Shown here: positions 37,636 through 47,595 of the stretch, piece after piece
Layout: each line of letters opens with the position of its first letter
How positions within the stretch are numbered: the first letter of the stretch is position 1
From: a virus
Lineage: Duplodnaviria > Caudoviricetes
Direction: 5' to 3' (one strand)
Virus record (IMG/VR): IMGVR_UViG_3300028025_002566
Coordinates: 1 to 58,837 of that record
DNA: 58,837 nt
Program-made: the position numbers and the translations under genes
Notes under the pieces: model-generated
Database searches by the model: none
Told to the model about the DNA's origin: nothing
What the model saw: the letters and a program-made list of their open reading frames with translations, nothing else

Positions 37636-39619
37636 AAGCTTTACATTCGTTATCTTCTTCGCTCACTGTTCCGGACCCACTGTCTCGAAAGTGATTATAG
37701 AGTTCATTAAATCCTCCAATATACTTTCCGCTAAGATAGATTTGGGGTAGACTTCTGACATCAGGTCTTCCAGTGATTTCAGCCGCTGACTTACCTGTTG
37801 TAGTAATGTCAACATAGTCATATTGAATTCCTCTTGAGTCAAGGAGCGATTTAGCCATTGAGCATTGGGGACAGTTTGGTTTGCCATAGATAATTGTTTC
37901 TTTTACTTCAGTCAATTTGTTTTCTTCTACTTTTTCAGAGACATTCTCTGCTCGTTGTTTAGCTTCAGTACGTAAATAGTATAACCCTTTAAGACCTTTA
38001 TCCCAAGCAGCGTAGTGTACTGAATTAACGTATGCTCGATCAGAACCTGAAGGGAAAGCTAAGTTAACTGATTGACCTTGACACACATAGGATTGTCGAT
38101 CTGCTGCATGAGTAATAACCCAATGCTGGTCTAATTCAAAGAATGTTTTAAATACATCTTTTGTTTCTTTAGATAAATCTAAATGTTGAATACTACCTTT
38201 ATTAGTAATAATAGAAGACCAAACAGCTTCTGTGTTCATACCTAATGCATCCAGTTTCTTTTCAAGGTACTTATTTTTAACTAAGAAAGAACCTGCCCGT
38301 GTACGGTGTGTGTAGGCGTTAGCCTTATTAGGCTCGATACTAGGAGATGTACTTAAAAGAATACCCGAAGAAGCGTTAGGTGCAATAGCTAGTAAGTGAG
38401 CATTACGTTTACCACTACCAATCATATCAAGAGCTTCACCTCGATATTCACCTAACCAGAAAGTTTCTTTTTCAGCTTGCTGTTTAATCTTACTGAAGAT
38501 AGCAATGTTTTCTAGTCGCGATTTGTCAGATTCAAAAGGAATCCCGTGACGTTGTAGGTATTCATGAAACCCCATAGCACCAAGGCCAATAGATCTCTCA
38601 TGAATAGCTGAGTACTTTGCCCGTGATAAGCTATCAGGTGCGTTCTCAATGAAGTACTCAAGTACGTTATCAAGCATACGTACAAGATCCTCAATCATAT
38701 GAGTGTTCTTCCATACATCATAGTATTCTAAATTAACTGAGGACAAGCAGCATACCGCTGTTCGATCATCGGATGTTGGTAGGTGAATCTCATTGCAAAG
38801 ATTACTACCATAAATCTTAAGACCTTTACTTTTTAGTTCTTCAGGTAAAGCTTCATTAGCTGTATCAATAAAATTTAAGTAAGGCTCACCAGTACGGAAA
38901 CGAGTTTCAAGTAGCTTAGCCCAGACAGTACGTGCATCTAAGAATTCACCTGTATTACCTACCTTAGGGTCAATCAATTCGTACTTACTACCTGTTTTAA
39001 CCGCTTCCATAAATTTGTCTGAGATATTAACAGCGTTATGTAGGTTAAAGCACTTGCGGTTAGTATCTCCTGTAGGAATACGTAGACCAATGAACTCAAG
39101 AATATCAGGATGCTCAATGTTAAGGTAAGCAGCATAAGAACCTTTCCTTGTTTTACCTTGTCGGTAAGCAGTCATATCAGCATCTACTGTATGCAAGAAT
39201 GGAATAGGACCGGGTGCTACATCAGATACTGAACGAACATCAGACCAGTGACCACCAACACCACCACCCATAACTGACAACCAACGTAGTTCAGATGAGT
39301 GATCAATTAAACCTTGTACGGTATCAGGTACATAGGTTAAGAAGCAACTGATAGGTAATCCCTTAGCCTTTTGACCGTCAATAGGTGCGTTAGATAGCAC
39401 AGGTGAGGCAAACATAAACCATTTATTAGATACATAATCATATAAACGCTGTGCTAAATCTTCATCACGTACACCTTTGTATACACTCCAAGCCCATACT
39501 GCCCGTGCAAACACATCTTGAGGTGATGTTTCACCTTCCTTAGCATAGAAATCCATGATCATATCTACAGCATAATCTGTTAGTAAGTTATCACGTACAT
39601 ACTCAATTTTAATGTTCAT
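37625..39619 (-). CDS. nrdA: Ribonucleotide reductase class Ia alpha subunit with fused glutaredoxin
   Basis: PISCF, SNLCNEI, AIAPNASS, KGLYYLR; then YGKPNCPQC..SLPQIY..YIGGF; terminal CKACEG. Confidence 0.93.
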   Translation of the reverse strand: MNIKIEYVRDNLLTDYAVDMIMDFYAKEGETSPQDVFARAVWAWSVYKGVRDEDLAQRLYDYVSNKWFMFASPVLSNAPIDGQKAKGLPISCFLTYVPDTVQGLIDHSSELRWLSVMGGGVGGHWSDVRSVSDVAPGPIPFLHTVDADMTAYRQGKTRKGSYAAYLNIEHPDILEFIGLRIPTGDTNRKCFNLHNAVNISDKFMEAVKTGSKYELIDPKVGNTGEFLDARTVWAKLLETRFRTGEPYLNFIDTANEALPEELKSKGLKIYGSNLCNEIHLPTSDDRTAVCCLSSVNLEYYDVWKNTHMIEDLVRMLDNVLEYFIENAPDSLSRAKYSAIHERSIGLGAMGFHEYLQRHGIPFESDKSRLENIAIFSKIKQQAEKETFWLGEYRGEALDMIGSGKRNAHLLAIAPNASSGILLSTSPSIEPNKANAYTHRTRAGSFLVKNKYLEKKLDALGMNTEAVWSSIITNKGSIQHLDLSKETKDVFKTFFELDQHWVITHAADRQSYVCQGQSVNLAFPSGSDRAYVNSVHYAAWDKGLKGLYYLRTEAKQRAENVSEKVEENKLTEVKETIIYGKPNCPQCSMAKSLLDSRGIQYDYVDITTTGKSAAEITGRPDVRSLPQIYLSGKYIGGFNELYNHFRDSGSGTVSEEDNECKACEG

Positions 39620-39639
39620 TTGTTTCCTTATTGTTGTTA

Positions 39640-39655
39640 GTATTAGGCACCAACT
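39640..39655 (-). promoter_or_regulatory. Putative phage RNAP promoter upstream of nrdA
   Basis: rc AGTTGGTGCCTAATAC. Confidence 0.7.
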
Positions 39656-39664
39656 ATTACGAGA

Positions 39665-41872
39665 TTAGCAGAAAAAGTATTTAGAATCAAGGACTTCTGA
39701 GATATCAAGTGTACCTAGGAGAGGTTGACTGTAACTAAAAGTATCCTTATTAAGCATAAGAGTATCTTGTAGGACATCAAAGAAGTTTTCTACATCATAC
39801 TGTGCAATGAATGTTTGCTTAGTTACTTCCTGTAGAAAATCCACTTCACATGCATGGGTACTAAACGAATCGTGAACAGCACCAAATGAACCATTGAACC
39901 CAACAATAGTATTAGCCATGTGAGCAGCGTCATAGGAATGAACAACATTAGGACTAACACCAGACGCAAAACTACGCCGACAAGGTACACGTTCACCAGT
40001 CTCTTTGTTAAGTACGTCAACTTTAATAACGTGCATGACACGACCGTCCTTATTACCTTGAATACCTTTGATGGTACCTCGTTGTTTTCGTTCGTGTTGT
40101 AGATAAGCTTTATAAACGACAGGAAAGCCACTAGGAGTATGCCAAGTAAGATGATTCCTTCCACTATTAAGTTCATGTTCTGCAATCTTCTGTAAGTATT
40201 TAGTTGTTTTAAGAGGGCCAGCACATACTGTATTGATAGCTTGAATAAGGTTGTTAGCTAATTTATTACAGTCTTCCTCAGTAATGTTATACTTGACTGT
40301 AAAGCCTTCCATATGACAGTCATCATACATATTCTTAGCAATACGTTGTTTACCTGCTGAGTATGCACGAGTCATAGAACCACGTTTAGCAATACCTTTA
40401 CGGATATGTTTCATAGGGATCTGACGATCTTCAAACCAGTCAGGCATTACCGTAATAAGTTCTTTGGCTACAGCCACGTAGAAATCTTTCTGGATAGGTG
40501 TAGGTACTAATGATACCAAAGTACCTGCTTGTTTATCCTTAGACATAGCAGCTAAGTGTTGCCATCCGTTATTACTACCATCGATTGGGATAGGTAAACC
40601 GCTGAAGTATTCTGTACGTAAGATCTTTGCTTTATGGTATCCAGCAATCTCGATACAAGCAGCCAGAAAGCTATAAGGTTTTTCAGCGTTATGCTCGATG
40701 TGTTTAGCACGAGCTGTATTAATAATGAACTCTAAATTGTGTTTAATCCACAATGCACGGTCATCTAGGGTCATCTTATCTACAGAAATAGTATCAAGAC
40801 CTTCTTCATTGAGGTACTTAATATAGTCAGTAGTAAGGTAGTTTAGTCCTTGCAACTCGGCAATGGTATAAGATTTGTTATAGCATGCTGCGGCATGTAC
40901 ACATAACCAGTAGTATGCACGTTCATCAACTCTCTTTTTATTTCCAAATAGGAACAAGGCACGAGCCAAGTCTGAACCTTGGAATTCAAGGAATGATTCT
41001 GCGTAATATACTCGTCCTCTATAGTCACATGACACCTCTTGATAGAATGTTTTGTTACCTACTAACTCAGCCTTCTTAATGACCTGAGTGTACTCAAAGA
41101 ACTTACTAAGCATACGCTGTAACTTAGGGTCTTTCTTACCCATAAACTTAGTACCATCAAGGTGCATAAGCTTCTTAGGTAAGTGAAGGTTTTCATGGTG
41201 AATGTTGTAGAACTGTAGTTCACCATTCTCATCTACTAGATCTAAGATCTCTGGTGGCTTGGCTTCTTTCATAGCAGACAACAAGGGTTGGTTAAGTAAC
41301 CAAGGCTGTTGACGTAAAGCTTCTAAGCTACGAATGAAAGGTTTATCAAGATACTCATGGAATAGCTTGCTGTTAGTCCATCCTTTAATAAATGGATCTT
41401 TAGTCAATTGACTATACAAACCAGCGATAGGTAGCAGTGGTTCAAAAGATGTACCAATAAGAGTAGGTTTAATGTTGTCATCCATGTTAACAATACGGAT
41501 TAAGTAAGGTGCCTTACGACCTTCATACTCGCGGAATATATCGATCAATCCGTCTTGAAGAAATGTTTCTAGAAGAAGATCGCCCAAGGAGAGGGTGGTT
41601 TTGATATCTGTTTCATCAGCACCGATAGCTCTTGCGATTCTTTTGCCGATAAGATCAGATGCGAAGGTGAGCTTAACTGATGCAGAGTGTGTAGCATTTT
41701 TGTTACGGATACAGTATCTAAGAAGACTGTCCCATGCTTCGTTAATAAATCGTTCAAGGTCATACTCCCATGTTGAATGATGTGCCAGAAGACGAGCACC
41801 TTCATTTTGAATCTTATCTGAGTTGAGGATGATCTTCGATACGCGTTCAGTAAGATATTGTAGTGGATTCAT
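39665..41872 (-). CDS. T7-like single-subunit RNA polymerase (735 aa)
   Basis: CDYRGRVY, PIDGSNNGWQH (A), RKGIAKRGSMTRAY (B), PNVVHSYDAAH, AVHDSF (C), SKYFFC end. Confidence 0.95.
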   Translation of the reverse strand: MNPLQYLTERVSKIILNSDKIQNEGARLLAHHSTWEYDLERFINEAWDSLLRYCIRNKNATHSASVKLTFASDLIGKRIARAIGADETDIKTTLSLGDLLLETFLQDGLIDIFREYEGRKAPYLIRIVNMDDNIKPTLIGTSFEPLLPIAGLYSQLTKDPFIKGWTNSKLFHEYLDKPFIRSLEALRQQPWLLNQPLLSAMKEAKPPEILDLVDENGELQFYNIHHENLHLPKKLMHLDGTKFMGKKDPKLQRMLSKFFEYTQVIKKAELVGNKTFYQEVSCDYRGRVYYAESFLEFQGSDLARALFLFGNKKRVDERAYYWLCVHAAACYNKSYTIAELQGLNYLTTDYIKYLNEEGLDTISVDKMTLDDRALWIKHNLEFIINTARAKHIEHNAEKPYSFLAACIEIAGYHKAKILRTEYFSGLPIPIDGSNNGWQHLAAMSKDKQAGTLVSLVPTPIQKDFYVAVAKELITVMPDWFEDRQIPMKHIRKGIAKRGSMTRAYSAGKQRIAKNMYDDCHMEGFTVKYNITEEDCNKLANNLIQAINTVCAGPLKTTKYLQKIAEHELNSGRNHLTWHTPSGFPVVYKAYLQHERKQRGTIKGIQGNKDGRVMHVIKVDVLNKETGERVPCRRSFASGVSPNVVHSYDAAHMANTIVGFNGSFGAVHDSFSTHACEVDFLQEVTKQTFIAQYDVENFFDVLQDTLMLNKDTFSYSQPLLGTLDISEVLDSKYFFC

Positions 41873-41932
41873 ACTTCAGTGTTTAATGTTGAGGCAGTAA
41901 TTATATGCTTGTTTTGGTGTCCAACCGTCACC

Positions 41933-41963
41933 AATAAAAATAACCCCAGGTTTATTGGGGTCT
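41933..41963 (-). terminator. Terminator between primase-helicase and RNAP genes
   Basis: rc aagaccccaa-taaac-ctggggttatttttatt. Confidence 0.65.
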
Positions 41964-42024
41964 TGTCGTTGGCACCTCCACCAAGGAGCATGCCAATAGA
42001 TGTGTGGTTTATAAATAGATTTCA

Positions 42025-43626
42025 TTAATCAAAGTCTACAAAGCTAGCTTGTTTAAGACGACCTGTTTTAGAATCATAAGTAGTACTACCACAGTCACCG
42101 GTCTTACCTGTAAACCGTGACTTAAGTACACGTAGCTTAATAGTATTACGCATCTGCTCAGTCTCAGCAATCATATTACGGGCAAAGGCAATGATATCAA
42201 ACGAGATTTGTTTAATAGAACCTGAACCTTTGATGTCATCAATAGAAGGTAAGTGGCCTTCCTCAAATGGCTTTTCACCTTTACGTAGGTGAGATACAAC
42301 ACCTAACCAAATGTTATGTTTCTTACACAGCTTGAGTAAGTCAGACATCAATGAGTCAATAGCCTCATTACCTGTTTTACCTTTAGAACCCTCAGACACA
42401 GCAATGGTGATGTGGTCAAGGATAATGTACTTACAACCCATTAAAGCAAGACGCTCCATCTTATCTACAAGTGATTCATCACTAACAGAACCTTGGTGAT
42501 CAAGCAATACTAGTCGTTCATCACTGAATACTTCTTCATATGCTTTAAATTGTTCTTCTTCAGATACATTATCTGTAGTAAGATTCTTTTTGAGTTGCAT
42601 ACCAATAAACTTTTCAGCAGTATCACCGATAGATTCTTCTAATGATACCATACCTACCATATCAGGTGTGTTCTTCAGAATGTCTAAGACAATCTCTTTA
42701 ATAACAGTTGATTTACCGCTACCTGTACCTGAAGTAAACAACACGATCTCACCGAGACGCATACCGAATAACTTTTCATTTAAAGAATCTAAACATTCAG
42801 GATAAGGCAGTGATACAATAGACTGTTTAAGTTTAAATTGTTCCCATACAGCAGCACCCTTAACAATACCAGCAGGACTCATCTCTTTGGCATTGAAGAT
42901 ACAACTCATTAGTACATCTGAGCTATGCTTAATTAGTACTTCACAAGGATCTTTCTCAGGTAGAATACATAGTTTAACTTTATCATAGCCGATAATCTTA
43001 GCAGCTTCTTGAGCAGCCTTTTGACCGGGTTCATCCATGTCAAATGCTAATACTACTTCATCAAAGCTCCTTAACCATTCACGTTGTGCAAGAATGAGAG
43101 ACTTAGAGCTAGCCGATGGGACCGCCACCGCTGGATAAAATCGTTGATACTTATCGTATTGTGCTTGAGCAACTGCCAGAGCATCGAGTTCACCTTCAGC
43201 GATAATGATTCGTTTACCACCACTAACGGTGTTTTGACCGAAGAACTGTACATCTTTAAAGTCTCCGTGAATGATAAACTTCTTAGGTAACTGGCGTTCT
43301 TTGTATGCCACAACCATTCCGTCTTTAGTGTACGGATAGAAATGGCTAGCGATAGTACCATCTTCAGCATAAGAAACTTTAACTCCATAATGTGCTGCAA
43401 TTACTTTCTTGATATCACGTTCTTGAAAGCCACGGGTATCATATGTTTCGATTTCAGATAGAGTGTGCATTGAGTAATTTTCTTTGTATGTGTTTGCTTT
43501 TACTTCACCATTAATAGGTGATGACTTGTTACAACTAAAACAGAAACCCCATTCATCTTCATCTTTATATGAGAATGCATCTGAGGAATTACACTTAGGA
43601 CATGGTGCATGATACCATCTAGACAT
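42025..43626 (-). CDS. DNA primase-helicase (T7 gp4-like)
   Basis: CPKC..CFSC zinc finger, EGELDAL TOPRIM, DMDEPG, SGTGSGKST, ILDHI, VSHL, KGSGSIKQ, KSRFTG. Confidence 0.95.
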   Translation of the reverse strand: MSRWYHAPCPKCNSSDAFSYKDEDEWGFCFSCNKSSPINGEVKANTYKENYSMHTLSEIETYDTRGFQERDIKKVIAAHYGVKVSYAEDGTIASHFYPYTKDGMVVAYKERQLPKKFIIHGDFKDVQFFGQNTVSGGKRIIIAEGELDALAVAQAQYDKYQRFYPAVAVPSASSKSLILAQREWLRSFDEVVLAFDMDEPGQKAAQEAAKIIGYDKVKLCILPEKDPCEVLIKHSSDVLMSCIFNAKEMSPAGIVKGAAVWEQFKLKQSIVSLPYPECLDSLNEKLFGMRLGEIVLFTSGTGSGKSTVIKEIVLDILKNTPDMVGMVSLEESIGDTAEKFIGMQLKKNLTTDNVSEEEQFKAYEEVFSDERLVLLDHQGSVSDESLVDKMERLALMGCKYIILDHITIAVSEGSKGKTGNEAIDSLMSDLLKLCKKHNIWLGVVSHLRKGEKPFEEGHLPSIDDIKGSGSIKQISFDIIAFARNMIAETEQMRNTIKLRVLKSRFTGKTGDCGSTTYDSKTGRLKQASFVDFD

Positions 43627-43627
43627 A

Positions 43628-43786
43628 TTAGTTCCAGTATTCTTGATCTTCTTTTAACTCACGTATAGTTCGCCTACGTTCTTTGGCTTGCTTCTGTGTT
43701 TGTTTCTTTTGTTTGTATTGTTGTTCAAACTCTTGTTTAAAGTTAATGTACTCTTCAATATCTTTAGGTTGATTATGCTTCTTCAT
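43628..43786 (-). CDS. Small basic protein (52 aa, MKKHNQPK...)
   Basis: Read from sequence; fills the gap between the endonuclease and primase genes. Confidence 0.55.
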   Translation of the reverse strand: MKKHNQPKDIEEYINFKQEFEQQYKQKKQTQKQAKERRRTIRELKEDQEYWN

Positions 43787-44204
43787 AACTCTTAGGTTTT
43801 AAAAACTTGACGGCTCCAATGTTGCCATTGTACCAGACACGCTTTCCATTAGGTAGTTCATCTCGTGATAAGACTTCACATTGCCATTGCTCATGCACTT
43901 CGCTGTATGTAAGATCTCCGGGACCAACGCACCATTTGTAGATAACAAATGTAAAAGCTTCAGATCCGTAGAGTTTAATATCATCAAGGAGTTCTCGGCA
44001 ACTTGATAGGTATGTGCGCCAATCAGACTCCTTGCGTGTGACAGTACGGCGGCTTGCTCCGGGCTTAAGTTTTCTTGAGACACTTATTAGTTGCTTTCTT
44101 CCAATGTATCGTCTTCCTGTTTCAAGGTTTTCGATGTAGTAGATGAATCCAAAGGCATTGTCTGGTCTGTCTGTGAGAGGGTACCAGTGTCCGTAGTCTT
44201 CCAT
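43773..44204 (-). CDS. GIY-YIG-like endonuclease
   Basis: GFIYYIENLETGRRYIGRK, YNGNI. Confidence 0.75.
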   Translation of the reverse strand: MEDYGHWYPLTDRPDNAFGFIYYIENLETGRRYIGRKQLISVSRKLKPGASRRTVTRKESDWRTYLSSCRELLDDIKLYGSEAFTFVIYKWCVGPGDLTYSEVHEQWQCEVLSRDELPNGKRVWYNGNIGAVKFLKPKSYEEA

Positions 44205-44929
44205 TTAAATTTCTCTTTTAGTTCTTCTAGTGTTAATGGTTTAAAATCATCACTATTCATTCGGATATAGATAAGATTAGCTGATTTGTGAAGAGCATGT
44301 TGCCATTCATTACCACATTTGAGCTTATAGGTATCAATTACCTTATCAAACATGTGCTCATAGGTTACATCCTTAAGAATCTTTTCAGCAGTCTTAGGGC
44401 CAAGACCTTTAATACCTTGGATATTATCTGTAGCATCTCCTGTAAGGACTTGTTTCATCAGGTTGTAGTAACCTTCTTCAGGTGTAACATGGTAAAATTC
44501 TTTCTTACGAAAGTTATAATGCCAACCGGGAATCATATCAAGGTCTTTATCGATGTGACATACTACGTATGACTCATCAGCATTCATAGCTAACTGAGCA
44601 GCAACCCCACAGTAGTCATCTGCTTCTGCTTCATCTGACTCAACACAAAAGTCTTTGGCATAACCATAAAGCATCTCAATACGGTCTTTTACTTCAGGCT
44701 CAATAGTATCTTTACGATTACCTTTGTAGTCTACTGCTACATGATATCGAAAGTTATTAGCACCCTTAATAAATACCAAACCATTATCTGCTTCAGTAGC
44801 TGTCATAATCTCTTGTAATGAGCTATCTAAAGCTTTCTTACATAGAGCAGGTGACGGTTGGACATGTGCAATCTGATACAGAATAGAATCTGCATCAATA
44901 ATAGCATGTTTAAATTGTAGTTCTTCCAT
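44087..44929 (-). CDS. 5'-3' exonuclease (T7 gp6-like)
   Basis: IDADS, NFR..YKGNR, EADD, DKDL, GDATDNIQGIKGLGPKTA. Confidence 0.92.
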   Translation of the reverse strand: MEELQFKHAIIDADSILYQIAHVQPSPALCKKALDSSLQEIMTATEADNGLVFIKGANNFRYHVAVDYKGNRKDTIEPEVKDRIEMLYGYAKDFCVESDEAEADDYCGVAAQLAMNADESYVVCHIDKDLDMIPGWHYNFRKKEFYHVTPEEGYYNLMKQVLTGDATDNIQGIKGLGPKTAEKILKDVTYEHMFDKVIDTYKLKCGNEWQHALHKSANLIYIRMNSDDFKPLTLEELKEKFKWKTTDTGTLSQTDQTMPLDSSTTSKTLKQEDDTLEESN

Positions 44930-45321
44930 TACACAATATCCTTTGCATTAAGACCTGCAGTGTAGATATCTGCAATAAAGTTATCTAGTTCTTCATCATT
45001 AAAACACCAAGAGATCCCTCGGTACCTTGCTCCGTAATTATCATAATCACTAGGTCCAGTAATAATTCTGCTTTTTTTGGCTAAAACATTAGCTATTTCC
45101 ATACGAATACTTTTAATAACTTCTTGTTTTAAATCAACAGTAGCTATCTGTAATAACGAATTGGATAATATTTGATCTACTTGTACTCTAGAATTTAATG
45201 CTAAGGTTTTTAAGTGCCTGAGTAAATCTGGTGTAAGTTTATTAGTGTACGTCTGCATATGTTTTTCCAATGTGAGCATCACCACCCATGCACGTAACAT
45301 TAAAAGCTTTAGGTGCCTCAA
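44929..45321 (-). CDS. Hypothetical protein (true start probably downstream of 45321)
   Basis: ORF track. Confidence 0.55.
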   Translation of the reverse strand: MRHLKLLMLRAWVVMLTLEKHMQTYTNKLTPDLLRHLKTLALNSRVQVDQILSNSLLQIATVDLKQEVIKSIRMEIANVLAKKSRIITGPSDYDNYGARYRGISWCFNDEELDNFIADIYTAGLNAKDIV

Positions 45322-47095
45322 TGAATGCTTGAATAGATAACTCTTTTACTTCCTCAACGTGTTCATCCTTACATACCACAGCTAACTCATCATGGTAGTG
45401 TAATGCAAAGTAGTATGGGATATTACGCTTAATTAATTCTTTTTTAAGCCAAACAATAGCCGCTTTACAAGTGATACCTTCAGCTGTTTGAAGAAGGTAA
45501 TTAAGTAGTTGATGCTTGCTGGACACAAATACAAGACGACCATCCAGACCGCGTACAAAAGCAAAGTCACTACCAAAAGTGTTTGAGGTTGCATTGAATT
45601 GTTTCTCTAAAGATTGTTTTAACTCAGCCATTCCGGGAATTGAGTCTTGAAACTTATTTAAAGCTTCTTGACCGGCCTTAGCATCTCGTTTACCTGTAAG
45701 GATAAGACCTAGTTTACCTGCACCACCACCGAACAAGAACGCATATAAGAAAGGTTTAGCTGTTTTACGACTAGTACCTAATACATCTGCATTTCGTTGG
45801 TGTACATCACCGTTAATAACTTCATTAGTGAAGTCATCATTACCGATGTAATGACAGAGACCACGCATCTGATTACCTGCAGAGTCAGCACCTACAATAG
45901 AAGTACCCGGCTCACAGATAAGTAATGACCTCATTTCTTTTCCATACACAGAATCCACAGAAGGTAGATTAGCAACAAGCTCATGGCGACACCTGAAGGT
46001 TGGAGTACCAATAGTCCACATACGACCATGAAGCCTATTGTCGGGAGAATTTTTGACAGCATCGATCCAACCTTCCAGAATACCTTTACGACTACGGATA
46101 GTATAAAACTCACTGACAAGCATAGCATCAGGACCAAGAGGTTCTAATGAAGATTCAGTAATCTTAGGTGACTTATTAACGAATTGACCATTGATTCTTT
46201 CAACGTTCCATTCATCAGGTACCCAACCCATTTTATATAACCATGACTTTACGACTTCGATTGATCCAACTTTTCCTTGTTCAAAAGAGATTCGGCAGTA
46301 TGGTCCTTCAATAGGTCTCGTAGTTCGTCCCGACTCTTGTGGTAAATTAAAGTGTTTGACAGTGGCAACTGTGTAGCATCCGTCTTTTCTCCATGCCGGT
46401 TCTTTGTAGTCATCTGCTTTATCCATCTTGATACATTGCATACCGATCTTAGGTTCAAGAACAGCTTCAATGGCATCTAGTTTATTATTAATTTCTGTAA
46501 GTAAAGTCTGAGCAGCAGCCATATCAAACATCCAACCCTTATTACGGATTTCAGCTTCAATAGTTGCAAACTCCATTTCTACTTGAAGACCTTTAGCATA
46601 TAGAGGATTCTTACGGATGATACCTGTTGCTTCTCGGATAAGCTCTTTGTATACTTTAACGTTAAGCTCTACATCTCGAATACAGTATGTAAGCATTTCA
46701 TCTGAGTACTCATCGAACTTATCAAAGGGTAACTTAGGATAGTCAAACATACTACCCCAACCCTCTAAGCCATGTTTGTGTTTACGTTTATACTGGTTTG
46801 TTTGAGACATTACCCATGTATCTACAATCTGTTGTTCTTTTCTGGGTACCCAGTTAGCCAAATGTTTTAACACAACTAAATCATAACCAATAATGTTGTG
46901 CCCAATAATAACATCAGCGTTATACAGTTCGTTTAAACCAGCTGTAATTTCAGGACACCAAGGGTTACCATCTTCACTTACATATTTCTTTACTTCATTT
47001 GTATCTGGATCAATTAGTATTAGCATCCAGATTTTATTTACTTCAGGCATGAAGCCGTTAGTTTCAATATCAAATACGTATTTCTTTTTACTCAT
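45242..47095 (-). CDS. Family A DNA polymerase (T7 gp5-like) with 3'-5' exonuclease
   Basis: FDIETNG, HNIIGYD, YCIRDV, GADSAGNQMR, RKTAKPFLYAFLFG, LNYLLQ, YHDE. Confidence 0.95.
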   Translation of the reverse strand: MSKKKYVFDIETNGFMPEVNKIWMLILIDPDTNEVKKYVSEDGNPWCPEITAGLNELYNADVIIGHNIIGYDLVVLKHLANWVPRKEQQIVDTWVMSQTNQYKRKHKHGLEGWGSMFDYPKLPFDKFDEYSDEMLTYCIRDVELNVKVYKELIREATGIIRKNPLYAKGLQVEMEFATIEAEIRNKGWMFDMAAAQTLLTEINNKLDAIEAVLEPKIGMQCIKMDKADDYKEPAWRKDGCYTVATVKHFNLPQESGRTTRPIEGPYCRISFEQGKVGSIEVVKSWLYKMGWVPDEWNVERINGQFVNKSPKITESSLEPLGPDAMLVSEFYTIRSRKGILEGWIDAVKNSPDNRLHGRMWTIGTPTFRCRHELVANLPSVDSVYGKEMRSLLICEPGTSIVGADSAGNQMRGLCHYIGNDDFTNEVINGDVHQRNADVLGTSRKTAKPFLYAFLFGGGAGKLGLILTGKRDAKAGQEALNKFQDSIPGMAELKQSLEKQFNATSNTFGSDFAFVRGLDGRLVFVSSKHQLLNYLLQTAEGITCKAAIVWLKKELIKRNIPYYFALHYHDELAVVCKDEHVEEVKELSIQAFIEAPKAFNVTCMGGDAHIGKTYADVH

Positions 47096-47595
47096 AATAG
47101 TGGTTCACAATACATACAGAAGTAAGGTACCTCTAGCATTCGAGCTTCAATTTCAGTTGGATCAAAGAAATAGCTCTCACGTTCATCTTCTTTGTTATAC
47201 TTAACTTTAGGTAGCTTGATATTATCCCTACCAGTAAGATGTTGACAAGCATGTACAAACTCATGACACATAACAGCAAGGAATTGTTGCAGTACGTAAC
47301 AGTTATCTTCCCAATTATTTAAATAGGGATCACGTACTTGGATCAGCATCTTATTGAGATTTTCTGTACTCCAAATAGTAATTCCATGAGAGGTACCTGA
47401 AGACATATCACTATCATATGGGTCAGGGTATTCGATAAAGCAAATTTGAATTACTACTTTTTCTTTTGTTAACTTAGCATCAAACCGTTCGATGTAATCC
47501 TCAAGGCAGTTAAAGAACACTTCTTTAACTTGTTTCTCTAAGTTAGCTACACATGATACCTGAACTTTAATGTTACTGAATTTATTATTTGTCAT
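47092..47595 (-). CDS. HExxH zinc-metallopeptidase-like protein
   Basis: CHEFVHACQ..YFFDPTEIEAR. Confidence 0.65.
   Translation of the reverse strand: MTNNKFSNIKVQVSCVANLEKQVKEVFFNCLEDYIERFDAKLTKEKVVIQICFIEYPDPYDSDMSSGTSHGITIWSTENLNKMLIQVRDPYLNNWEDNCYVLQQFLAVMCHEFVHACQHLTGRDNIKLPKVKYNKEDERESYFFDPTEIEARMLEVPYFCMYCEPLL

Noticed and set aside
43773-47095. Intron or intein associated with the GIY-YIG gene
   Set aside because: PolA, exonuclease, primase and RNR frames are uninterrupted and of normal length; the endonuclease is free-standing
45242-47095. Z-genome (DpoZ/PurZ) or other modified-base system
   Set aside because: No PurZ, DatZ, queuosine-pathway or glycosyltransferase genes recognised
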